Of a DNA stretch of 64,000 bases, positions 45,791 to 53,953 are shown one piece after another. Position 1 is the first letter of the stretch. Every line of letters begins with the position of its first letter. The stretch spans positions 193,534-257,533 of IMG/VR virus record IMGVR_UViG_3300023296_000874. One strand, given 5' to 3'. The notes beneath the pieces are model-generated. The model did not search any database. It had not been told where the DNA came from and saw only the letters and a program-made list of their open reading frames with translations. The translations under genes and the position numbers were made by a program.

Positions 45791-46438
45791 ATGGATTACT
45801 TGGCAATCGACCACCCCACACGCGAGCTCATCTGCGGGTTGTGTAGGCAGTTCTACACGTTGGGTTGGGCATCGGGTACGGGCGGCGGCATTGCCATCAA
45901 GCACCCGACCCTCGACCAGATTCTTGTAGCTCCGTCCGGAGTTCAGAAGGAGCGGCTCCACCGCTCTGACCTGTTCGTGGTCAACCTTGAGGGCGAGGTT
46001 CTTCAATCTCCCCTGAACCCTACGCTGACGTTGAGCCAGTGCTGGCCCCTGTTCCAGCACGCCTTCGTGAAGCGCGGTGCGGGTGCCATCATCCACTCGC
46101 ACCAGCAGAGTGCCGTACTGGCAAGCCTCTACACGGGCGTCGGGCGGTTTGAGCTCCGGGGTGATTTCTGTGAGATGGTGAAGGGCTTGCGTGGCAAAGG
46201 CTACCATGACTCCGTCGTCATCCCGGTCATCAACAACACGGCCCACGAATGTGACCTTGCAGACAGCCTCGGTGACGCCATGGATAGGCACCCGGACGTG
46301 GATGCGGTCCTTGTGCGGAGCCACGGCATCTATGTCTGGGGTTCTTCTTGGCAACAGGCAAAAACGCAGGCAGAGTGCTTTGACTACCTCTTCAAACTTT
46401 ACGACAGGCTGAACAGCCGCGATTGGAATGGAATATGA
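45791..46438 (+). CDS. mtnB: Methylthioribulose-1-phosphate dehydratase (APIP/Mde1-type)
   Basis: LCRQFY.LGW.SGTGGG, APSGVQKERL, IHSH, EMVKG, NT..E.DL, HGIYVWG.SW..AKTQAEC.DYLF. Confidence 0.92.
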   Translation: MDYLAIDHPTRELICGLCRQFYTLGWASGTGGGIAIKHPTLDQILVAPSGVQKERLHRSDLFVVNLEGEVLQSPLNPTLTLSQCWPLFQHAFVKRGAGAIIHSHQQSAVLASLYTGVGRFELRGDFCEMVKGLRGKGYHDSVVIPVINNTAHECDLADSLGDAMDRHPDVDAVLVRSHGIYVWGSSWQQAKTQAECFDYLFKLYDRLNSRDWNGI

Positions 46439-46899
46439 GAGACCTACAGTGGATTGAATGCAACCGAGGCGAGCTGACTGCTGGCGTGGTTGTGGCGAAC
46501 GGAATCGGATACCAGTACGTTGAGGACGAGTTCGACTCGGCCTTGGACAAGGTGGCGTCCGACAACGGGTACATCCAGCGTGACATGGTGGCACTGAACT
46601 CCAGCACCGACGGGCTTGACCCCTTGCTGCAGAAGTTCTTCGAAGAGCATCGCCATGACGAGGACGAGGTACGCTTCGTGGTGGAAGGTGAGGGCACCTT
46701 TGACATCCGAGATGCAGACAACAGTACTGACGGATGGATGCGAGTCACCGTAGAGAAGGGTGACCTGGTTGTGGTTCCTGCTGGGCGCTACCACCGCTTC
46801 GCACTGACGGAGAGTCAGGACATCAAGGCAGTCCGCTTGTTCAAGCGTGCTGAGGGCTGGAAGGCTGAGTTTCGTCAAGTCGAACTGCCCTTCTCGTAA
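46435..46899 (+). CDS. mtnD: Acireductone dioxygenase (cupin)
   Basis: FFEEHRHDEDEVRF..EG.G.FD.RD...W.R....GDL..VPAG.YHRF. Confidence 0.92.
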   Translation: MRDLQWIECNRGELTAGVVVANGIGYQYVEDEFDSALDKVASDNGYIQRDMVALNSSTDGLDPLLQKFFEEHRHDEDEVRFVVEGEGTFDIRDADNSTDGWMRVTVEKGDLVVVPAGRYHRFALTESQDIKAVRLFKRAEGWKAEFRQVELPFS

Positions 46900-46935
46900 G
46901 TTCAGAGTGTCTCTCTTCCCAAAGGGAGCCACGTC

Positions 46936-47274
46936 ATGAGTTTGAGCATCAGTACCGAAGTCCGCACCACCCACTCCATTGACGAAGAGGAAATGGAGAG
47001 AGTGCTCAAGGAGTACTTCGGCAAGGACGTGTCCTACGACTCTTCGGACGTTGGCGGCGACGAAAGCGGCGGCACCCTTGAGGTTGACCTCAACGAGGAC
47101 ACCCTCTCCAAGAGCTACGCCGCCTCGCTCGAGAGCGTCAAGCGTGACCTCGAGGCGCACCGAGAGTCCAAATGGGGCATCCAGTTCAGCGCGATTGATG
47201 AGTACCTCCAGGTGGAGGTGCAAGAGGGGCGTTTGCCCTACGGCTACTACCGGATCGAATTCTGCTGGGGATAG
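46936..47274 (+). CDS. Acidic hypothetical protein
   Basis: GGGAG RBS. Confidence 0.65.
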   Translation: MSLSISTEVRTTHSIDEEEMERVLKEYFGKDVSYDSSDVGGDESGGTLEVDLNEDTLSKSYAASLESVKRDLEAHRESKWGIQFSAIDEYLQVEVQEGRLPYGYYRIEFCWG

Positions 47275-47332
47275 CCTCTGAGTCTGTGCCGCCCTCACCG
47301 CGTTGAGGTAGTACAGCAAGGAGGCTCAGACA

Positions 47333-47518
47333 GTGACCAAACGACCCGATCCAGACCTAACCGTTGAAGTTGACGCGCGGGAACCCGCACCACGAGAAGA
47401 CATCGAAGTCAACATGGCGGGAAGCCTGATTGATGAGTTGGTGAGGAACCCGCCGCCCAAGACTCCCTCTGAGGATCCGGGTGATGATCTCGTTGTACTC
47501 CTGAAGCCCAAGGAGTAG
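47333..47518 (+). CDS. Small acidic hypothetical protein
   Basis: AAGGAGG RBS + GTG. Confidence 0.55.
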   Translation: MTKRPDPDLTVEVDAREPAPREDIEVNMAGSLIDELVRNPPPKTPSEDPGDDLVVLLKPKE

Positions 47519-47522
47519 CATC

Positions 47523-48767
47523 ATGGCAAAAACCGGCAGAACCCGTGGAGCACGCAGCGGACGCACCGTCAAGGTGGTTGGCGTCTGGGAATGCGACTCG
47601 TGCGGCAACAAGTACCCAGGCACAACTCGCGAGTGTCCCCGTGGTTGCGGGAGCCCCCGTGAGTTGGAGGAGCTCCAGAAGCTCGCTCTGCCTGATGGAC
47701 CTCTCAAGGCGGCTTCAGCAGCAGACACAGCGGACTTGAGCCACGGACAGGACAAGCACTGCCCCTACTGCGGACGCGGAATGCGTGCCGACAACACCAA
47801 CTGCGGTTCATGTGTGGGTAGCCTCGAGGAGGCTTCAACCTCACGGCCCGAGAGCGCGCCTGTGCGTAGCGCCTCTCCTCCACCCCCACGCCGGGCCACT
47901 ACTCCTCCCCCCGTACCGACTCCGCGCCACAGCGCACCGAGAGCCGGTGGTGGCAAGCGCCACCTCTCCTACATCCAGCGCCCCGGTGGACCTGATCCGA
48001 GCAGTGGTGGAGGTGATGACGGAGGCTTCGGACGCATCTTCGCGGGCCTCGGAATTGTGATGGCGATCATCGCCTTCATTGGCCTGCTTGTGTGGGGCTT
48101 CACGGCTCACGAGGTGGACGGACAGGTTGCATCTTTGACCGGCACCTCCACGGCTCAGGAGTACAACTGGACGCAACGTAGCGACTCGGATTGGGCGCGC
48201 AACCTCCGTGACTCGAGCAGCTACTCCCCTTCCAACGGGAAGAACTCCGGCGAGCGTGCGGGTGAGGACGTCGGCTACTGCCGCATGAAGGAAGACCCGA
48301 GCGACACCTACGTGTGTGGCACGACCACTCAAACGGTGCCCGACGTGTGCGTGTGGGTAGACACCACGAGCATCGACCAGAGCTCCTGTACAGATGACGG
48401 TGCTGGGGGGTTCAACTGCGGCTACATCCAAGCGGAGGATTGCACGGCTCAGCCTGACATCATCGTGGATGTGATGTGCAACCGAGAGCATCGGTACTGC
48501 GACTACACGTACTACGCCTGGGCAAGCGGGACCAACCACAGAGTGACCTTCACCGGCCACACCATCAACGATCCGACCGCCCGGACCAGCGGCACGCGCC
48601 ATGTGGACTCCCCGCGCCGGATTTACACGGTGGGCGTGAGCTACATGGATGGTGCCGAGGTTGGATCAGGCTCCATCAACGTAGAACGCGCCGACTACCT
48701 GAACAGGAACGTTGGAGACACCGTACCTGTGATGCTCAACAACTTCGGCAGCGTTAGCTTCCAGTAG
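47523..48767 (+). CDS. Membrane protein: double Zn ribbon, Pro-rich linker, TM helix and Cys-rich exported domain
   Basis: WECDSCG..CPRGCG, HCPYCG..CGSC; IFAGLGIVMAIIAFIGLLVWGF. Confidence 0.75.
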   Translation: MAKTGRTRGARSGRTVKVVGVWECDSCGNKYPGTTRECPRGCGSPRELEELQKLALPDGPLKAASAADTADLSHGQDKHCPYCGRGMRADNTNCGSCVGSLEEASTSRPESAPVRSASPPPPRRATTPPPVPTPRHSAPRAGGGKRHLSYIQRPGGPDPSSGGGDDGGFGRIFAGLGIVMAIIAFIGLLVWGFTAHEVDGQVASLTGTSTAQEYNWTQRSDSDWARNLRDSSSYSPSNGKNSGERAGEDVGYCRMKEDPSDTYVCGTTTQTVPDVCVWVDTTSIDQSSCTDDGAGGFNCGYIQAEDCTAQPDIIVDVMCNREHRYCDYTYYAWASGTNHRVTFTGHTINDPTARTSGTRHVDSPRRIYTVGVSYMDGAEVGSGSINVERADYLNRNVGDTVPVMLNNFGSVSFQ

Positions 48768-48774
48768 GACAGAC

Positions 48775-49902
48775 ATGGAACCCGTAACGATCATCCTTCT
48801 CACCATCGGCGGCATCGGCTCCCTCCTCGCGGCGGGAGCGGGTGGTGTAGCGGTGGGCGTAGCTGGGGCAAAAGCCTCAATGCCCGAGCCCGAGCCCGTG
48901 GACTCTGACCCGGTTGGGGCCATCCGTCTTCAGGAAGACCTCGACTACGCCCAGCGTCGGTTGGCGGATGCTCATGAAGACCTGGCGCGTGCCGGGGGTG
49001 ACCGGGACCGCTACAGGACGATGGCTGAATCTCACGACATTCACATGCCGGAGGTAGCCGAGACTCAGATGGTGGAACGGAGCGTGTGGAAAGACCGCCG
49101 CTACCGTGCCCACCCACGAGACATCCTCACCAACCTCGCAACGGACCTGGAGGAGTACGCAGGATCTGACCTCACGCTCACCATCTCCATCTCAGGCAAG
49201 GGTGGCTGGGCAGACCATCTCAAGGAGCGATGGTTCAAGACCGAGAGCCAGCGTGATCGCTACGGGCACTACAAGGAAGTGAAGGTGCCCATCAAGGAGA
49301 TCAAGGGATTCACCTTCGAGGGACCGCCAGACCGAGTGATCGACCACCTCCGCACCCTCCTCACGGATGACGACACGGGCCTCGTGACCGTTGCGGCGGT
49401 TGACTGTATGGACACTGCGTCAGGCTCCGACCGATTCGTAGGCCCGACCGACAAGATTGCCCTCGCGGGCAAGCCTTCCGCCAGGAAGGCGACCGTGGTG
49501 CCTCAGGCGAAGTTCTGGAGGGACTCCGACTCCCCGCTCCTCGTGAAGGCGAAGCTCACCGTGCGCGAAGAGGTGAAATCCCCACCCGCGCCGGAGGTGC
49601 AGATCGTTGAGGTGCTGGTGGTTCAGGAGCGCATTGTGGAGCGCATCGTTGAGAAGCCGGTGATTGTGGCCGTGCCCTCCGGTACGGAGCAGGACTTGTG
49701 CGGCCACACCCGCGAGGAGATCTCAGACCTCATCTCCGTAGAGCTTGAGCTTGCTCAGCTTGAGGGCGGACTCAAGCGAGTAGCGACGGCCTCACTCGCA
49801 AGAGCGGAGGCCGAAGTAGAGGCGGCACGCCCGGCTGATGATGTAGACGAGAGGCTCAGGAGGGCTCGGGCAGCGTCCCTTGCTCGGCAGCCTGGATCCT
49901 GA
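48775..49902 (+). CDS. Membrane-anchored coiled-coil protein with ERIVE repeats
   Basis: N-terminal TM; VQERIVERIVEKPVIV. Confidence 0.7.
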   Translation: MEPVTIILLTIGGIGSLLAAGAGGVAVGVAGAKASMPEPEPVDSDPVGAIRLQEDLDYAQRRLADAHEDLARAGGDRDRYRTMAESHDIHMPEVAETQMVERSVWKDRRYRAHPRDILTNLATDLEEYAGSDLTLTISISGKGGWADHLKERWFKTESQRDRYGHYKEVKVPIKEIKGFTFEGPPDRVIDHLRTLLTDDDTGLVTVAAVDCMDTASGSDRFVGPTDKIALAGKPSARKATVVPQAKFWRDSDSPLLVKAKLTVREEVKSPPAPEVQIVEVLVVQERIVERIVEKPVIVAVPSGTEQDLCGHTREEISDLISVELELAQLEGGLKRVATASLARAEAEVEAARPADDVDERLRRARAASLARQPGS

Positions 49903-50482
49903 TGAGTAGATCCGGCGTGTAGCGATCCGCCAACAGCAAGGAGGCGGAAGGCAACGCGCGGGTTTCAGCCTGGAGCTGCTCCTCATCATCCATGAGGATC
50001 GCGGCACGGCTGTGAACCGTAGGCCCGGATTCCACAACTGGGGGCTCGAGGTACGGCTCCGGGTTCGTGTTGGCGAGGCTCTGCCAGTGCGCCATGACTC
50101 CGGGGTGTACGCCGCTACGGGACTCGTCGATGAGTTCCTGAGCGCGCTCCTTCATCCACGGTGCCCACGAGGCCTCGTACTCAGTCACCTTCTCCGCAGC
50201 AGTTCCGTACTGCGGATACATGAACTGGTCAGCGGAGAGGATGGCGAAAGGTCCCTTCAGGGAGCGGACGCCACGCATGAAGCTCAGCCCGGCCCAACCC
50301 GCCTGGAAGCCGCTGTTACCCATCTGGCCCGCGCCGTAGTTGAACGCTGCCTGGGCAATGAGACCCAAGGCCGCTGCCGAGGTGTTGTAGTCGTGAGGGT
50401 GCTCGATGGCGCTCTTGACGTAGGCGAGGAATTCAGCCTCCGTCTCGGGCCACGGTGCAGGAGCTTCTGGGTCAAACGGCAT
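49856..50482 (-). CDS. Hypothetical phage protein (HDYNT...G.SGFQAG..YPQY...VHPGVMAHW)
   Basis: GGAG RBS; conserved-looking motifs. Confidence 0.65.
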   Translation of the reverse strand: MPFDPEAPAPWPETEAEFLAYVKSAIEHPHDYNTSAAALGLIAQAAFNYGAGQMGNSGFQAGWAGLSFMRGVRSLKGPFAILSADQFMYPQYGTAAEKVTEYEASWAPWMKERAQELIDESRSGVHPGVMAHWQSLANTNPEPYLEPPVVESGPTVHSRAAILMDDEEQLQAETRALPSASLLLADRYTPDLLIRIQAAEQGTLPEPS

Positions 50483-50532
50483 CAAGGTTCTCCGGGTAGG
50501 AAGGTACCCATCAAACACCAAGAACCATCAAG

Positions 50533-51099
50533 TCACCTTTCGAGAGCTACCTTCTTGCCGTGGTTGCGCTCATCCTTCACCCAACGCCAGAAGCGTCCGA
50601 TGGGGAACGCTTTGTGCTCACCCTCGCGGTAGAAGCCCGGTCGAGGGTAGTGCTTCTTGTAGGCCCCGATGGCTTCCTCTACAGAGTCGAAGCCGATCAT
50701 CACCTTGTCCTCATCGAACCCGCCGTCAGGCATGTGCTGGTGAATGACAAGCACGAGTGAGCTGTCGTGGTTGGGGCCAACGTACACGTCAAGCAGGTCG
50801 CCGTCTGTGGCCTCTGTCCCCCTGATCTCGCCGTAGTGGTGGTGCATGTAGCGCCTCCACTTCTTGCCTTCAGGGTTGGTCTTCTCGCGGTACTGTCCGG
50901 CCTTGACCTCAATGTCAATCTCAAGCCCTTGGAAGTCCACGTAGCCAACGAACGGCTTCTTCTTGGCTGGCTCGACCTTCACCTTGTGGAACGAGTGCGG
51001 CACCTCAACGATGCCATCGTCAGAGGCTACACGCGCGGGACTCAGACGCATCCGAGCCGCCACGTTCGCAAGGTGGTTGATTGTGTCCTGGGTTACCAT
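50533..51099 (-). CDS. Inorganic pyrophosphatase-like domain (phage/polyvalent-protein InPase type)
   Basis: IEVKAG..R, M...YGEIRGT...DGD.LDVYVGP, FDEDKVMIGF...A...Y..HY. Confidence 0.85.
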   Translation of the reverse strand: MVTQDTINHLANVAARMRLSPARVASDDGIVEVPHSFHKVKVEPAKKKPFVGYVDFQGLEIDIEVKAGQYREKTNPEGKKWRRYMHHHYGEIRGTEATDGDLLDVYVGPNHDSSLVLVIHQHMPDGGFDEDKVMIGFDSVEEAIGAYKKHYPRPGFYREGEHKAFPIGRFWRWVKDERNHGKKVALER

Positions 51100-53474
51100 T
51101 CGTCCACCTCGATCTCATCCTCATCGTCAAATTCATCATCCTCATCGTCGTAGCCGTCGTCATTGACGTGGTACTCAACGCGGTAGGCGCTCTCTGCTGA
51201 GGCGCTCCAATGCGCAATGCTGTTGCCAGCCTCTTGTGAGGACTCACGGTAGGCGAGTTCATTGTGTCGCTCGCTCCGCACGTCAGGGAACACCATGTCT
51301 GCCATGTGCCGGTCCCTTTCACTGTCGACGCCATGTACCTGGCCGTAGGTCGGTGGAGCCTTCTTGGGGAGTGCGGCTTGTACCTCGCGCCAGTTGTCCT
51401 TCACCCACTGCATGATCATGCTGCCGGGGATTTCCTTCTTGGTCCGCTTGCGGAGTTGAAGGTTGATGCGTGAGCTGAAGCTCTTGCCGTCAACATACTC
51501 GTACTCCACGGTAGCGCTCAACACCTTGCGGATCACATCGTCGGGGCTGATCTTCCCGAGCATCAGCTCCTTGACGTAGGGGTCAAGAGCGCGCAAGCCC
51601 TTGTTCATCATCCGTCGCAGGTACTTGTCCAGCAGGCTCACCATCCCGCGCGGGGTCTTGGCAAAGTCGTCCTGGCCGAGGGTGCTCACGGTGTACTTCT
51701 TGTCCTCGAAGCTCACCTTCACCTCAAGCATCTTCAGGGCCTTCCACGAGTCCTCGCCACCGTCAGGGTCAAACTCGCCCTGGAGAGTGTACTCACCGCT
51801 GGCAATGGACCCCCACTCATTCCAGGTGATGTCAGCGCCGGGCAGGATGTTGATCACGGAGTGCTTCGCAGCTTTCACAGCCACCGCAATCGCGGCCATA
51901 TGCGCCGGGTCAGGCTTGCCCCGTGATCCAGAAATAGTCGCAATGCCCTCCGGAGTAAGTAGTGCGAGAACCTGCTTGAACACCTTGCGGCCATCAGGCA
52001 TGTCCTTCTGTCTCCGGAACAGGTCCTTCATTCCGCGTGTTCCAGCAACGTTCGGGTACACAAGGCAGTCTCGAGTCTTGCTCGCGTTTGACCACCCGCC
52101 CACTTCCATCTTCACGATGGTGTACTTGCCTACCTTGAGCCGGTGGTCCACTACGGACCCCATGGAGATGCTGCTGTCAATGTGGATGTTCGCCCGCCTC
52201 CACTTCTTCTGGAACAGGTTCTCCAGCTCAATCATCCAAGGCTCTGGAGTGGTGGATACCTGACTCCCGTAGTACGTGGCGAGCTTGGCAATCTTGGCAG
52301 AGGCAACGCGGGGATTCTTGAACCGGAAGGGACGTCCCTTCCACTTGGCAGCCATGAGGCGGCGGATGGCGACGTAGTTGGGTCCGAGGAACGCCCGGAT
52401 CTCAGCCTTCACCTGGCCGAAGTTGCGCTGCACGTACCGGATGTTGCCCCATGTCCTCTTCTTGCGGAGGATCTCCTTGATCAGCTTCTTCCCGTCCTTG
52501 GGGCCAGTGCTCTCAAGGAGCTTCACGCCGATGTTGTTCGGGAACCAGTCCGGGTGGCCGTAGGTCTCGCCGTTCACGGTCACTGAGTAGAGGCCAGGGT
52601 TTTTGGCCCAGGCGCGGTAGCCCTCGGTGCGTCCCTTCATGAACTCGGAGAAGCGCCGTCCAAGCACCTCCATTCCCTTGACGATGTCCTTCGGGCTGCT
52701 TGGATCGTAGAGGAAGTCGAACGGCATGGTCACGCCGCGCAACGAGCCTATGCCCTTCTGGTAGAGCTCAGGGGCGTCCTTCTCGAGGTTGAAGCCCGTG
52801 GGAGGCTTCTTGATCTCGTTCATCCAGACGGTGTCGTCCTTGCCCCGTCCCTTCTCATCACGCTGACGCTTGGTGGGGAGATCAACGAGGTAGGAGCTCA
52901 GGTTCGAGGCGTCCACAATGGGAGGCTGTCCGTCGAACCTCATGTCGCCGTGGTGTAGCCCGCGCTGGATGCTGTAGTCGATTGGGTGTGTGGGAGCAAG
53001 CTGCTTGAGGACGGCCTTGTTCCGGATGCCCTTTCCCTGCCATACACCACGCCCGGAGATGCACTGCTCAAGCTTCCGCTTCACATGCCGTCCAGATACC
53101 CTTCCACCTCGAGCAACGAAGACGTGCTGCTCAGCCAGGTCAACGGCGGTGAATTGAGCCAGGGTCCACTTCCCCATCTCTGCGAACAGCTTGAGCCAGT
53201 CGAGTACCACCATGACGTCAACGTCCGAGGTGTCGTTCCACTGGTAGGAGGCCGCACCGCCCTGAATGCCCATTGCAAGCACCCAATCACTGACTGGTCC
53301 GGGCCATCCCTGCTGCTCAAGGTACTCGTAGAACTCGCCCTCAAGGCGGTCAAGGACTTCCTCTTTGACGTAGGCGAGCTTCCGACGATCGTCCCAAGCC
53401 CACAGCCAATCCATGCGGTTGTCCAATACCGGGTCAAACACTCCGGCAGTACGGAACAGGTGGTCAATGCTCAT
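51093..53474 (-). CDS. Multidomain protein with an N-terminal Pol-beta-type nucleotidyltransferase
   Basis: GGAASYQWNDTSDVDV and HPIDY motifs; internal RVASAKIAKLA. Confidence 0.65.
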   Translation of the reverse strand: MSIDHLFRTAGVFDPVLDNRMDWLWAWDDRRKLAYVKEEVLDRLEGEFYEYLEQQGWPGPVSDWVLAMGIQGGAASYQWNDTSDVDVMVVLDWLKLFAEMGKWTLAQFTAVDLAEQHVFVARGGRVSGRHVKRKLEQCISGRGVWQGKGIRNKAVLKQLAPTHPIDYSIQRGLHHGDMRFDGQPPIVDASNLSSYLVDLPTKRQRDEKGRGKDDTVWMNEIKKPPTGFNLEKDAPELYQKGIGSLRGVTMPFDFLYDPSSPKDIVKGMEVLGRRFSEFMKGRTEGYRAWAKNPGLYSVTVNGETYGHPDWFPNNIGVKLLESTGPKDGKKLIKEILRKKRTWGNIRYVQRNFGQVKAEIRAFLGPNYVAIRRLMAAKWKGRPFRFKNPRVASAKIAKLATYYGSQVSTTPEPWMIELENLFQKKWRRANIHIDSSISMGSVVDHRLKVGKYTIVKMEVGGWSNASKTRDCLVYPNVAGTRGMKDLFRRQKDMPDGRKVFKQVLALLTPEGIATISGSRGKPDPAHMAAIAVAVKAAKHSVINILPGADITWNEWGSIASGEYTLQGEFDPDGGEDSWKALKMLEVKVSFEDKKYTVSTLGQDDFAKTPRGMVSLLDKYLRRMMNKGLRALDPYVKELMLGKISPDDVIRKVLSATVEYEYVDGKSFSSRINLQLRKRTKKEIPGSMIMQWVKDNWREVQAALPKKAPPTYGQVHGVDSERDRHMADMVFPDVRSERHNELAYRESSQEAGNSIAHWSASAESAYRVEYHVNDDGYDDEDDEFDDEDEIEVDEW

Positions 53475-53911
53475 CGGTTCTCTCCGAAGTGTGCGCCGCC
53501 GAGGGTCTGCTGTAGGAGCCGCTCGATGGCGTCAAGCTGTCGGCTCAGATGGAGCGCGGCAGGCTCCATCCTCTCATCGCGTGCGTGAATGCCCAAGGCC
53601 AGTACGTGCTTGCACGGTCCAACACGGCGTCCATTCCTCTGCCAATCTTCACAGGTGCAGAGGTGTCCGCGTCGGGGGCGTAGGGTGATGTGAGGAGTGT
53701 AGATGTCGCCCTGGGAGCCTACGATGTCTCCCCAGATGCGGTCGTCATCGTACTGTAGGTTCCGGATGCGGATCTGATCCACCCGGCCCAACCGACGCTT
53801 CTCTCCAACCTCAATGAGGCGGTCGAGGGTCTCACGATGAACGCTAACGAGTCCTGCCCACTCTCGTACTTGCTCGAGTAGCTGCGGGATGGTGTCCTGA
53901 AGCTCTGGCAT
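53471..53911 (-). CDS. SWIM zinc-finger protein
   Basis: CTCEDW...PCKHVLAL. Confidence 0.8.
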   Translation of the reverse strand: MPELQDTIPQLLEQVREWAGLVSVHRETLDRLIEVGEKRRLGRVDQIRIRNLQYDDDRIWGDIVGSQGDIYTPHITLRPRRGHLCTCEDWQRNGRRVGPCKHVLALGIHARDERMEPAALHLSRQLDAIERLLQQTLGGAHFGENR

Positions 53912-53937
53912 GGGACCTCCTTACGAGGGACAGCCCC

Positions 53938-53953
53938 CACAAAAGGATTATGT
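53938..53953 (-). promoter_or_regulatory. Putative late promoter motif (its TAA is the asnB stop codon)
   Basis: ACATAATCCTTTTGTG. Confidence 0.7.
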
